Positions 30,213 through 40,074 of a stretch of 64,000 nt of DNA are shown here, one piece after another (position 1 is the stretch's first letter; every line of letters starts with the position of its first letter). The DNA is taken from assembly GCA_963753975.1 (NCBI GenBank), contig CAVWEH010000005.1, positions 608,001 to 672,000 of the forward strand, written 5' to 3'. The translations under genes and the position numbers were made by a program. A model generated the notes under the pieces. The model worked only from the letters and a program-made list of their open reading frames with translations. It was not told the origin of the DNA and made no database searches. Origin of the DNA: an uncultured delta proteobacterium. Its GTDB lineage: Bacteria > Desulfobacterota > Syntrophia > Syntrophales > Smithellaceae.

Positions 30213-31163
30213 ATGAGTTCAAGCGATTTTAAATATCTTTATGGTCCCGTTCCGTCTCGAAGGCTGCGACGTTCACTGGGGCTTGACCTCGTACCGTTCA
30301 AAACCTGCACGTATGATTGCATCTACTGTCAGCTGGGACGGACAACGAATAAAACGATCGAGCGGCAGGATTTCTTTCCCGTCGTTGATATTTTGGCTGA
30401 GTTGAAAAATAAACTGGCGACGGGCGACAATCCCGACTACATCAGCGTCGCCGGTTCCGGAGAACCGACACTGCATTCAGGAATCGGCGAGCTCATTGGG
30501 AAAATCAAGGAACTCACAAAAATCCCCGTGGCTGTTCTGACCAACGGCTCCTTGCTTTATCTGCCCGATGTCCGAACAGCGCTGGCTAAGGCCGATTTGG
30601 TCATTCCATCGCTTGATGCCGGAGATGAAACTCTGTTTCGTTACGTTAACCGACCGCATCCAGACATTGTGTTCGAAGACATGGTCAACGGCATGATTGA
30701 ATTCACCCGGCATTTTCCCGGCAAGGTCTGGCTGGAAGTCTTTTTGCTTTCCGGTATCACCGGCATGATTGCTGAAGCGCGAAAAATCGCCGCATATGCC
30801 AAGCAAATCGGCGCGCAGAGAGTTCAGCTCAACACGGTAAGCCGGCCATCGGCGGAAGACTTTGCCTGCGCGGTGGAGGCCGGGCAGCTGAAAAAATTTG
30901 CCAAACTTTTTTCACCTCCGGCAGATATTATTGCGGATAACGAAACTGTGTATGCTTCCATATCAATTGCTAAAGATATTGCAGGCGACGACATTGTCAA
31001 CTTGTTGGCTAGACGTCCCTGCGCGCTAACAGGTGTTTGCTCGGGACTGGGCCTGCACCCGCACGACGCGGTTAAAAAGCTCAAGAAGCTCATTGATGAA
31101 AAACGGATCACAACGCTGCGTACCAGCCATGACGTATTCTACACGATAGCGGAGAAATTTTGA
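30213..31163 (+). CDS. radical SAM protein
   Basis: YGPVPSRRL, CTYDCIYC (CxxxCxxC), GSGEPT, LTNGS. Confidence 0.9.
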   Translation: MSSSDFKYLYGPVPSRRLRRSLGLDLVPFKTCTYDCIYCQLGRTTNKTIERQDFFPVVDILAELKNKLATGDNPDYISVAGSGEPTLHSGIGELIGKIKELTKIPVAVLTNGSLLYLPDVRTALAKADLVIPSLDAGDETLFRYVNRPHPDIVFEDMVNGMIEFTRHFPGKVWLEVFLLSGITGMIAEARKIAAYAKQIGAQRVQLNTVSRPSAEDFACAVEAGQLKKFAKLFSPPADIIADNETVYASISIAKDIAGDDIVNLLARRPCALTGVCSGLGLHPHDAVKKLKKLIDEKRITTLRTSHDVFYTIAEKF

Positions 31164-32035
31164 TGAAGGAACTAGTGATTATCAGCGGCAAGGGCGGGAC
31201 AGGCAAAACCAGCGTCACAGCTTCATTTGCCGCGCTGGCCAAGCGTCCGGTAATCTGCGATTGCGATGTGGACGCGGCCGATTTGCATCTAGTACTGGTA
31301 CCGCAAATTATCGAAGAACATGAATTCATGAGTGGTCATGAAGCAGTCATTCGTCAGGCTGACTGCATTGCTTGCGAAATTTGCCGGGATATCTGCCGCT
31401 TTGACGCGGTTAAGACACAGCAATCCTGCGAAGGCGATCTTTTGTTTTCCATTGATTCCGTGTCCTGCGAGGGATGCGGAGTGTGTGTGCACTTCTGCCC
31501 GGAAAAAGCGATTGATTTTCCAGAACGTATGTGCGGCAAGTGGTTTGTTTCTGAGACGCGTTGTGGCCCGATGGTGCACGCGCGTTTGGGTGTGGCCGCC
31601 GAAAATTCCGGCAAGCTCGTTTCCACGGTACGCCGGGAAGCCCGCCATTTGGCCGAAGAAGAAAATTATAAAATGGTGATTGTGGACGGCCCGCCGGGCA
31701 TCGGTTGTCCGGTAATTGCTTCCGTCACCGGTGCAACGCAGGTTCTGGTGGTCACGGAGCCGACAGTTTCCGGCGAGCATGATCTGGAAAGAGTGTTGGC
31801 TCTGACGCGCCATTTTCAAATCCCCGCAGCCATTTGCGTCAACAAGTGGGATATTAATCCCGATATGACTCAGCGCATTGAAGAAAAAGCGCAAAAGACC
31901 GGTGCGCTCATTGCGGGGCGCATCCGTTATGACAGCGCTGTCACCCAGGCTCAGATTCAGCAAAAAGCGGTAGTGGAAATTGAGGCGGCCTGCGCGCAAG
32001 ACATTATACAAATCTGGAAAAAGCTAAATGTGTAG
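31160..32035 (+). CDS. second MinD/CobQ-type P-loop ATPase with 2x[4Fe-4S] domain (Orp3/4-like)
   Basis: SGKGGTGKT, DCDVDAADL, CIACEICRDIC, CEGCGVCVHFCP, ENSGKLV, DGPPGIGCP. Confidence 0.88.
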   Translation: MMKELVIISGKGGTGKTSVTASFAALAKRPVICDCDVDAADLHLVLVPQIIEEHEFMSGHEAVIRQADCIACEICRDICRFDAVKTQQSCEGDLLFSIDSVSCEGCGVCVHFCPEKAIDFPERMCGKWFVSETRCGPMVHARLGVAAENSGKLVSTVRREARHLAEEENYKMVIVDGPPGIGCPVIASVTGATQVLVVTEPTVSGEHDLERVLALTRHFQIPAAICVNKWDINPDMTQRIEEKAQKTGALIAGRIRYDSAVTQAQIQQKAVVEIEAACAQDIIQIWKKLNV

Positions 32036-32050
32036 GAGGAAATAGTAAAA

Positions 32051-33343
32051 ATGGACGAAGTTATCGATTTCGACAAATTTTATTTGACGGCACAGCGACA
32101 CGCCAACGATCCGCACAATCTCGGCGCGCTTACCGATTTTAACGGTAACGCGAAAATCACGGGTCCCTGCGGCGACACGATGGAGTTTTGGCTTGACGTG
32201 CAAAACGGAAAAATTAAAAAGGCATGGTTTATCACCGATGGCTGTGCTCCCTCACTGGCCAGCGGCAGTATAGCCACATGTCTGGCCGAAGGGAAGACTA
32301 TTCCCGAAGCCAAAGCTGTAAGCCAGCAGGATATTCTCAAGGCGCTGGGCGGCCTACCGAAGGATTCCGAGCATTGCGCGCTGCTAGCTGTGAATACCTT
32401 GAAAGCGGCCTGCGAGAATTATGAAAAGGGAGCGCAATCCAAGACAGGAAGCGTCAAGAGTAAAACCTGCGATACTTGTGGTGATTCTAGCTGTTCTGCA
32501 TCCAAGCAAAACAAAGACGAATCTCCGGAAGAATTCGCGGATCGTCGCAGACTGCAAGCCAAACTTTGCCGTATCCGCCATAAAATTATCGTGCTTTCCG
32601 GCAAAGGCGGCGTCGGCAAAAGCACCGTCGCGGTTAATCTGGCCACCGCGCTGGCGCTGGAAGGCCTGCGCGTGGGACTGCTAGATGTGGATATTCACGG
32701 GCCAAGCATTCCCACTATGCTGGGACTCGAAAATGAAACCCTTCAGGGCAGTGACAGTGGATTGCTTCCGGTGGAACTGGGGAATATGAAAATCATGTCG
32801 ATTGGCTTTCTACTGAAAAACCCCGACGATGCCATCATCTGGCGTGGTCCGATGAAAATGGGAGTGATCAAACAGTTTCTCACGGATGTGGAATGGGGCG
32901 ATCTGGATTATCTTATTGTGGACGCTCCTCCGGGCACTGGCGACGAACCGCTTTCCATATGCCAATTAATTCAGCCATTGGATGGTGCGGTGATCGTCAC
33001 CACACCCCAGAAGGTGGCGGCGGTGGATGTGCGTAAATCCATCAGTTTCTGCAGGCAGGTCAACGTACCCGTGCTGGGCGTTATCGAAAACATGAGCGGT
33101 TTTGTCTGCCCGAAATGCGGCGAAATCACGCAAATATTTCCGGCTGGCAGCGGCAGAATAATAGCGGCGGATATGAAAGTTCCTTTCCTGGGGGCGATTC
33201 CGATGGATCCGAGCATTGCCCAGTCCGGTGATGACGGTCGCGCGTTTATAAATCATTACGCGTCCAGCGCGACGGCAAAGCTTATGCAGGACATCATCGA
33301 TCAGATTACAAACTTGGATAAAACAAATAAACTAAATTCATAA
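32051..33343 (+). CDS. NifU/IscU-like domain fused to Mrp/NBP35 Fe-S carrier ATPase
   Basis: N-terminal GPCGD, DGC, EHCA; then SGKGGVGKST, WRGPMK, DAPPGTGD, ENMSGFVCPKC. Confidence 0.88.
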   Translation: MDEVIDFDKFYLTAQRHANDPHNLGALTDFNGNAKITGPCGDTMEFWLDVQNGKIKKAWFITDGCAPSLASGSIATCLAEGKTIPEAKAVSQQDILKALGGLPKDSEHCALLAVNTLKAACENYEKGAQSKTGSVKSKTCDTCGDSSCSASKQNKDESPEEFADRRRLQAKLCRIRHKIIVLSGKGGVGKSTVAVNLATALALEGLRVGLLDVDIHGPSIPTMLGLENETLQGSDSGLLPVELGNMKIMSIGFLLKNPDDAIIWRGPMKMGVIKQFLTDVEWGDLDYLIVDAPPGTGDEPLSICQLIQPLDGAVIVTTPQKVAAVDVRKSISFCRQVNVPVLGVIENMSGFVCPKCGEITQIFPAGSGRIIAADMKVPFLGAIPMDPSIAQSGDDGRAFINHYASSATAKLMQDIIDQITNLDKTNKLNS

Positions 33344-33355
33344 GGAGGAAATACC

Positions 33356-33694
33356 ATGAAAGTTGCAATACCGTTAGCCGAAGGAAAGTTGACCACGCAT
33401 TTTGGACACTGTGCGAGTTTCGCCATCATCGAAGTTGACGACAAAACCAAGAAAATTTTAAAACGCGAAGACATTGCTGCGCCTGAGCATCAGCCCGGTC
33501 TTTTGCCGCCCTGGCTGGCCGAACGCGGCGCAAATGTGATCATTGCCGGCGGCATGGGCAGCCGCGCACAGGAATTGTTCGCCGCACAAGGTATAAAGGT
33601 TCTTGTTGGCGCTGGTGCGGAGACGCCGGAAAAACTGGTCAACGATTACCTGGCTGGCACGCTGCAAGCCGGCGAAAATGTCTGCGATCACTAA
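33356..33694 (+). CDS. NifB/NifX family protein
   Basis: MKVAIP, HFGHC, PEHQPGLLP, AGGMG, C-terminal NVCDH. Confidence 0.87.
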   Translation: MKVAIPLAEGKLTTHFGHCASFAIIEVDDKTKKILKREDIAAPEHQPGLLPPWLAERGANVIIAGGMGSRAQELFAAQGIKVLVGAGAETPEKLVNDYLAGTLQAGENVCDH

Positions 33695-33715
33695 GATCAA
33701 AGGAGAATCAACGCT

Positions 33716-34669
33716 ATGGCGAAAACGACATTAAGCGCTGTGGACAAAGTCAAGATTCTGACCTTGCAGGACAACTATATCGAAATGACGGCGATGGACA
33801 ACAGCGCTCTCATTTCGCGCGCCATGCCGCTTAAAGAAGGAGAAATACGTGCCTCCATTTTGGCGGAGCACGGTTTTTCGGCGCTGGTCAAAACCACGGC
33901 GGAGGGCAAAACGCACACGCTGCTTTTTGACTTTGGATTTTCCGAAGACGGGGCAGCCAAAAACGCGGCCACGCTGGGATTCAACATGCATGAGGTTGAA
34001 GCAGCGGCTCTGTCCCACGGACACAGTGATCACACCGGCGGCATGAAAAAACTCACCGGTCTTATCGGTAAAAAAGATATTCCCTTTGTTGCGCATCCAT
34101 CCGCTTTTAAATTTCCCCGTTATTTAAAATTTAGCGAGGAACTCAAAATCAACTTCCCTAAATTGACGCGGGAAATGGTTGAGTCTTTGGGGTATCGTGT
34201 CATCGAATCCGCAAATCCTTATCCGCTTGTCGACAATACAATTCTTTTTTTGGGAGAAATCCCGCGCCAAACGGATTTTGAAAAAGGCTTTCCCATTGCC
34301 CACTGGCAGAAAGACGGAAAAGAACTGTGGGATGCCATTGAAGACGACACGTCTATTGTCATGCATCTGAAAGACAAAGGACTGGTTATTCTTTACGGAT
34401 GCGCGCATGCGGGTATCGTGAACACGGTTCAATACGCGGTGGAGGTCACCGGTATCGACAGGGTTCATGCGGTCATGGGCGGGTTTCACCTCTCCGGATC
34501 GTTTTTTGAACCGATTATTGACCGCACCACCGAGGAGCTTCAGAAATTTCATCCGGCCTATGTGATCCCGATGCACTGCACAGGCCGTAAGGCCATCATG
34601 GCGATGGAAAAACAAATGCCGGACCAATTTATTTTAAATATGGCGGGAACGAAACTCACCTTCACCTGA
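33716..34669 (+). CDS. metallo-beta-lactamase fold hydrolase
   Basis: EHGFS, LFDFG, SHGHSDHTGG, GCAHAG, GGFH, PMHCTG. Confidence 0.88.
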   Translation: MAKTTLSAVDKVKILTLQDNYIEMTAMDNSALISRAMPLKEGEIRASILAEHGFSALVKTTAEGKTHTLLFDFGFSEDGAAKNAATLGFNMHEVEAAALSHGHSDHTGGMKKLTGLIGKKDIPFVAHPSAFKFPRYLKFSEELKINFPKLTREMVESLGYRVIESANPYPLVDNTILFLGEIPRQTDFEKGFPIAHWQKDGKELWDAIEDDTSIVMHLKDKGLVILYGCAHAGIVNTVQYAVEVTGIDRVHAVMGGFHLSGSFFEPIIDRTTEELQKFHPAYVIPMHCTGRKAIMAMEKQMPDQFILNMAGTKLTFT

Positions 34670-34801
34670 AAATTCGTGAAGCGCGCCAGCCCGGCAGGGA
34701 ACCCCGGCGTATGCCTGGGCATGCCCGGTGAAACGTATTTCGTAAAGCGTAAATTGAACGAAACATACTTCCGCTTGAACAATTACAAACAAGGAGATTT
34801 C

Positions 34802-35296
34802 ATGGAGAAAAAAGCGTTTCAGGATTACTACCCAGACCATTTTAGCTATTGTTACGGTTGCGGCCGCCTCAATGAAAATGGCCTTAGAATAAAAAGCTAT
34901 TGGGACGGAGATGAATCCGTTTGCATTTATGAGCCGAAAGATTATCATGCGGCTGTTCCCGGTTACGTGTACGGAGGGCTGATTGCTTCGCTTATCGACT
35001 GCCATAGTATGGGAACTGCCGCAGCCGCGAAATACCGTGCCCAAAACCGCGAGATGGATACACTGCCTGCTTTGCGCTTTCTCACGGCGTCTTTGCATGT
35101 GGACTATCTCCTGCCTACACCGCTGGGCGGGCCTCTGGAGATTCGTGGCCGGGTCAAGGTGATTAAGGGACGCAGGATCATCGTGGAAGCATGGGTGATA
35201 GCGGACGGCAAAATCTGCGCGCGGGGTGAAGTAACCGCCGTTCAAGTACCCGAGCATTTGACACCCGCTGATCGAAAAATGTCCTCATTGATTTAG
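34802..35296 (+). CDS. PaaI/hotdog-fold thioesterase
   Basis: CYGCG...NENGL, YGGLIASLIDCH, TASLHVDYL; AAGGAG RBS. Confidence 0.85.
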   Translation: MEKKAFQDYYPDHFSYCYGCGRLNENGLRIKSYWDGDESVCIYEPKDYHAAVPGYVYGGLIASLIDCHSMGTAAAAKYRAQNREMDTLPALRFLTASLHVDYLLPTPLGGPLEIRGRVKVIKGRRIIVEAWVIADGKICARGEVTAVQVPEHLTPADRKMSSLI

Positions 35297-35396
35297 ATCA
35301 ATGTAATAATATTTGCAGACTGTTATCATTTGAATTTAAAAGACCGAGGTTTTATGAGCGATCTCTAAAATATTTCTAAAAGATAAGGAGAAAAAA

Positions 35397-35882
35397 ATGG
35401 AATACAGCATTATGCTTTTTATGTCGGGACTCATTGCTGGGATATTATTGACAGCCGTTATTGTTTGGCTGTCAATGCCTAAGATGATGTTGGTGACACA
35501 TCAGAGCAGGTATCAGAGTGTTGAGGAGACTTGCCAGCAACTCAAAACCGCTATTGAAGCTAATGGATGGTCGTGTCCTGCAATACGTGACATGAATATG
35601 ACAATGTCCAAACAGGGTGTTCAAATGGACAGACGGGTAATGATCGTAGAGTTATGCAAGGCGGAGTATGCTAAGGATGTTCTGTCCACGAATCCGGAGG
35701 TGTCTACACTCATGCCCTGCGCATGGGGCGTTTATGAAGGAGACGATGGAAACGTTTATATTACGGGAATGAATATGGGCCTTATGGGAAAAATGTTCGG
35801 AGGAAATATAGCCAAAGTTATGGGAGCTTCAGTGGCAAAGGATGAAAAGCGAATGCTTAAGGACATTATTAGAGTAGTATAG
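35397..35882 (+). CDS. DUF302 family protein with N-terminal membrane anchor
   Basis: N-terminal TM helix, ELCK, LMPC motifs. Confidence 0.75.
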   Translation: MEYSIMLFMSGLIAGILLTAVIVWLSMPKMMLVTHQSRYQSVEETCQQLKTAIEANGWSCPAIRDMNMTMSKQGVQMDRRVMIVELCKAEYAKDVLSTNPEVSTLMPCAWGVYEGDDGNVYITGMNMGLMGKMFGGNIAKVMGASVAKDEKRMLKDIIRVV

Positions 35883-36019
35883 CAGCAAATTTGGAGAGGT
35901 GCATAGAACTCTTTACAATAACGCGGTGCCGCACATTATCGGAGAGAATATATATTTGTTGGAAACAATTATTTCTATAAGAAAAGCAACTAAAATGTTT
36001 AAGAACACAGGAGGAACAT

Positions 36020-37725
36020 ATGACAAAAAGAAAAAGAATTGTAGTGATCGGCGGCTCAGCTGCTGGCCCCAAGGCGGCGGCAAAAGCCAGAAGAATCGAC
36101 AACGATGCGGAAGTTGTCATTCTGCAAAAAGATGCGGATCTTTCCATGGCGTCCTGCGGTTATCCTTATTATGTCGGCGGATATTTCAATGACCGCAACA
36201 TGCTTTTGTGCACGCCCACGGGCGTTGTTCGAAATCCGATGTTTTATCTCAACGCCAAGGACATCGACGCACGAGTAAACACGGAAGTCACAGCCATCGA
36301 CCGGAAAAACCATTCCGTTTCGTTTCAAAAATATTGTGACCGGCGAAACCGGCACCATTGACTTATGACAAACTCGTCATCGCCACCGGTTCCGTCCCGC
36401 AAATGCCGCCGGTGCCCGGCGTGGAACTCGAAGGCATTACCACCCTGCAATCCATGAAAGACGCCGACTTTCTGCGCAAAGTCCGCGACGAAGGAAAAAT
36501 CAAAAAAGCCGTCGTCATCGGCGGCGGGCTGATCGGCATCGAAACCTGCGAAGCCCTGCAACTGGCGGGTATCGAAATCACGGTGATTGAACTTTTGCCT
36601 CAGCTGCTCACGTTTCTGGACTGGGAACTGGCCAAACTCGTGGAAAACCATGTCAGGAGCAAAGGCGCCAATGTCATCACGGACAACGGCATTGCCGAAT
36701 TCCTCGGTGAAAACGGCAAACTGACGGCGGTCAAACTGCAAAACGGCACGGAACTGCCCTGTGAACTGGCGGTTGTGGCCATCGGCGTCTATCCCAACGT
36801 CAAACTGGCCAAAGAAGCTGGTCTGAAAATCGGCGAATCTGGGCGGCATTGATGTCAATGAATATATGCAGACTTCCGATCCGGATATCTATGCCGTCGG
36901 CGACTGCGTGGAAACGGTCAACAGAATTACCGGTAAAAAAGTGCTCGCGCCCTACGGCGATCTGGCCAACCTTCAGGGACGTGTGGCGGGAGAAAACGCC
37001 GCTTCGAAAAACTGCGTGACATTTCCCGGAACGATTCAAACCGGCATCTGCAAGGTCTTCGATTATGCGGCAGGCTCCACCGGACTTTCCGAAACAGCGG
37101 CAAAAAGACTCGGATATTCAGATATCATCACGGTCATCAACGCCAGCCCCGACAAGCCGGGGTTTATGGAAGGAAAGCTTCTGGTCACCAAGCTCATTGC
37201 CGATACAGAAAACAGGCAGAGTGTTGGGCGCTCAGTGCATCGGTCCCGGCAATGTCAGCAAGCAAATCGCCCAGTGGGCAATGGCCATCCAGGGAAAACT
37301 GACCGTTGAAGATATCATCAATGCGGATCTGCCCTATGCGCCGCCTTTTTCTCTGGCTATCGATCACTTCATCGCCACGGCGCACATTATGCAGAATAAA
37401 ATGAAAGGCAGGCTGAAGGGCATTAGTTGCAAGGAAGTACAACGAGAAAGTGCTAAACAATGAAAAACCTTTCCTCATCGACACGAGAGGGCCGGAAGAA
37501 TTCGAGGAAATGCGCCTGGGCATCGGCGAGACGCTTATTCCCCTGGGCGCGCTGCGCAAGCGATTGAAGGAACTTCCCGAAGATAAGAACAAGGAAATCA
37601 TCTGCTACTGCAAGATTTCACTGCGCGGCTACGAAGCGGCGCTGGCGCTGGAAGGCAATGGATGGAAAAACGTCAAGGTCATGGAAGGCGGCATCATGGC
37701 CTGGCCGTATCCGAGGGAAAAATAG
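36020..37725 (+). CDS. CoA-disulfide/persulfide reductase-like flavoprotein with C-terminal rhodanese domain, five +1 frameshifts (probable sequencing errors)
   Basis: GGSAAG, SMASCG, ATG, GGGLIG, GDC, YAPPFS, rhodanese YCKISLRG spread over several frames. Shifts near 36324, 36358, 36842, 37207 and 37441; 1706-5 = 1701 nt in frame. Confidence 0.85.
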
Positions 37726-37728
37726 ATC

Positions 37729-37967
37729 ATGAATGAGATGCCCCTGAAAAGCAAATAGCCAGTTCTATGATTTTGCTGGATGCCATCTCGCGGTGGCCCA
37801 CGACTGAGACGGTCTTTCGCCGGTATGACGAAGCGGCAGGTGTTTGCCTGTGCTGCACCTGCTTCTTCGATACGATCGAAGATATTACCGACAAATATCA
37901 TCTCGACGTTGCCGGGTTTATGCGCGATATCGAGGATGCCGCAGCAGGAAAAAAGCCGTTCGTGTAA
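37729..37967 (+). CDS. small Cys-containing protein (DUF1858-like); N-terminus probably frameshifted near 37748
   Basis: MILLDAISRWPTTETVF...GVCLCCTCFFDTIED; the upstream ATG at 37729 is one base out of frame. Confidence 0.5.
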
Positions 37968-38017
37968 CGTCTTTTGATTAAACAGAAATTAAGCCTTTTT
38001 TAAAAGGAGGAAATAAT

Positions 38018-38911
38018 ATGAAAAAAAATATTTTCTCAAAAATCCCTCTGATTATTTTTCTCCTCTTGCTGCCTTGCGCGGGTGGGGCAAGAGAAATCGC
38101 GCCGATTGTCTCCGCCGACTGGCTTCTGACCAATCTCAAAAATCCAAAATTGATTATTCTCGATGTCCGCCGGGTGGAAGACTACCGCGAGGGACACATC
38201 CCGAAAGCGCTCAGTGCCTTTTACGGTGCATGGGCATATAAAAAAGATGGTCTTTTTGCAGAGATCCCTGATCTGGACGACCTCAATGACACCATCGGCT
38301 ACGCAGGCATCAGCCAGGATTCCTGGGTTGTGGTCACAGGCAAAGTGGACACACCCCGGTTGAGCTATCAAAGCGCCCGGGTGGCCTGTACGCTGCAATA
38401 CGCTGGTTTGGTGAATGTGGCGCTCCTCGACGGCGGCATGAACAAGTGGATCGCGGATAAAAAGCCTCTATCCACAGACATTGTCCGCACGAAAGAAACC
38501 CCCTTCCAGGGAAAATATCGAAAGGGGCACTTTGCCGATAAGGATTATATTAAGAGCCGACTGGGCAAGATCGTTCTGCTGGATGTCCGCGAACCCGAAT
38601 ATTTCACCGGCAAGAAGAAGATGGACTGTGTCCCCCAAAGGGGAAGAATTCCGGGTGCCTTTAATCTACCTACCTCCTGCGCCTTTAATAAAGACGGCAC
38701 GTTCAAGACTAAAGAGGGGTTGGCTGTGATTGCTGAGGCCGCTGCGAATAAAGATAGATCAAAGGAAATCGTCACCTACTGTGACATCGGTCAGTGCTGC
38801 CCGGTATGGTCATACCTGCTTGCCGAAGTATTGGGCTACACCAATGTCCGGCTTTATGTCGGTTCCATGCAGGAATGGATGCAGGACCCAAATGCGCCCG
38901 TTACGCGCTGA
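38018..38911 (+). CDS. exported tandem-domain rhodanese/sulfurtransferase
   Basis: Signal peptide, IVSADWL, GHIP, LLDGG, DVR, RIPGA, active loop YCDIGQC, YVGSMQEW. Confidence 0.9.
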   Translation: MKKNIFSKIPLIIFLLLLPCAGGAREIAPIVSADWLLTNLKNPKLIILDVRRVEDYREGHIPKALSAFYGAWAYKKDGLFAEIPDLDDLNDTIGYAGISQDSWVVVTGKVDTPRLSYQSARVACTLQYAGLVNVALLDGGMNKWIADKKPLSTDIVRTKETPFQGKYRKGHFADKDYIKSRLGKIVLLDVREPEYFTGKKKMDCVPQRGRIPGAFNLPTSCAFNKDGTFKTKEGLAVIAEAAANKDRSKEIVTYCDIGQCCPVWSYLLAEVLGYTNVRLYVGSMQEWMQDPNAPVTR

Positions 38912-39000
38912 ATTTATCAGGTACAATCTGAACCTAATATTCTTCCCATCTGGTGGGCAAGGTCTGGGGGAGTTTGGAAAACAAGCATGGTGTTCGATTA

Positions 39001-39158
39001 AATCACGGGTATGACCCCCAAAACAAGCTTTGGAAATCAATTTTGCAACAAGCTGCGGGGTATGATATTCTCTGCTTCGCGGGATTATTCAACTGACCAA
39101 TTCTGACGTGCGACTTTTAGGTTATGCGCTTCGCTTTCGGAATTAGAGTTTCACGAAT
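39001..39158 (+). repeat. structured dispersed repeat, copy 3
   Basis: AATCACGGGTAT...GCTTCGCGGGATTATTCAACTGACCAATTC...TTTAGGTTATGCGCTTCGCTTTCGGAATTAGAGTTTCAC. Confidence 0.65.
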
Positions 39159-39297
39159 AAATCCAAAAATAGCCGGCGGGCGGCGGTTAAGTGAACTGCT
39201 TGCCGCTTACAGATGCATTTTATGTAAGCTATTTTTTTGGACACGGAAGAGGTTTTTCTTATCATTTTGAAAATATTTTTTATTAGGAGGTAAGTCC

Positions 39298-40002
39298 ATG
39301 AACATCGGTGACTTGGACAAAACTTTTCATTTCATTATAAAGCGTATGGTGGAAACCGGGCGAGCTCCCCACTACACGGAAATAGCGAAAGAACTGGGCG
39401 TCTCCATGGAGGAGGGGCGGAAGATCATGCAAGAGCTTTTTACCAAGAGGGTGCCGGGATGGCTTGCTCCAAGTACGGATTTCATCGCTTCGTTCGCGCC
39501 ATTTAACAGTCAACCTACTCAGTTTCGCATCACTATCGAAGGCCGGCAGAAATGGTTTGGCCAATGAGCATTCGAATCGCTGGCGGTCTGCTGGCTTTTC
39601 CCGGGTAAAAAGGTAGAAATTGATACCCCTTGTCTTGATTGTGGGGAACCCATTCATGTGGAGATTCGAGATGGGATGATCTTGAAGGCCGAGCCAAAGG
39701 AGATAATCGGATATGTAGCTGTTCCATTTGCCAAGTGGGCTCAAGATACAAGCTATGCCTGAACGACCATGACTTTCTTCCGGTCGGAAGAACATCTTCG
39801 CAACTGGGCGCTCTTTAAGCCCGATACTGAGGAGGGGATTATTCCACTGCCTGACTTACTCAAACTCTTTTCCGGCAAAATGTTTCGCCGGAGAATGGAC
39901 CCCGACTATCTTTCCCGCATGCGGGAATATGGCCTGGATTTTTGGACAACTCTTCAAGAAATCGGCAAGGTCGGCCCTTTCTGGTCGCTGAAGAAATCAT
40001 AA
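39298..40002 (+). CDS. MerB (organomercurial lyase)-like selenoprotein, 234 aa, Sec90 and Sec155
   Basis: One frame from ATG 39298 (AGGAGG RBS) to TAA 40002, with TGA at 39565 (WFGQ-U-AFE) and 39760 (SYA-U-TTMTFFRSEEH). These match the MerB W-C-A-L-D and F-C-x-x-x-x-F-F motifs, and a SECIS-like hairpin follows each. Confidence 0.85.
39579..39595 (+). promoter_or_regulatory. SECIS-like hairpin for UGA 39565
   Basis: 11 nt after UGA: GCUGGC-GGUCU-GCUGGC (two G-U pairs); loop resembles E. coli fdhF SECIS. Confidence 0.7.
39775..39792 (+). promoter_or_regulatory. SECIS-like hairpin for UGA 39760
   Basis: 12 nt after UGA: UUCUUCC-GGUC-GGAAGAA, perfect 7-bp stem. Confidence 0.78.
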
Positions 40003-40074
40003 TCGCCTGCTCGTCCGCCGGTCGGCAATCCGGTCGGCGGATGCAGGGATTGAAAAAATAAATGGAGGTCTTTA

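Noticed and set aside
24217..33694. Nitrogen fixation cluster
   Set aside because: NifB/NifX- and NifU-like domains occur without nifHDK/nifEN; context matches ORP clusters
34670..34770. GC-rich hairpin region and the 5' extension of ORF 34676
   Set aside because: The thioesterase most likely starts at 34802 after an AAGGAG RBS; the hairpin has no second copy in the window to support an element call
36020..37725. Programmed ribosomal frameshifting or true pseudogene
   Set aside because: Five shifts with no slippery-site pattern, and similar lesions throughout the window, favour sequencing error
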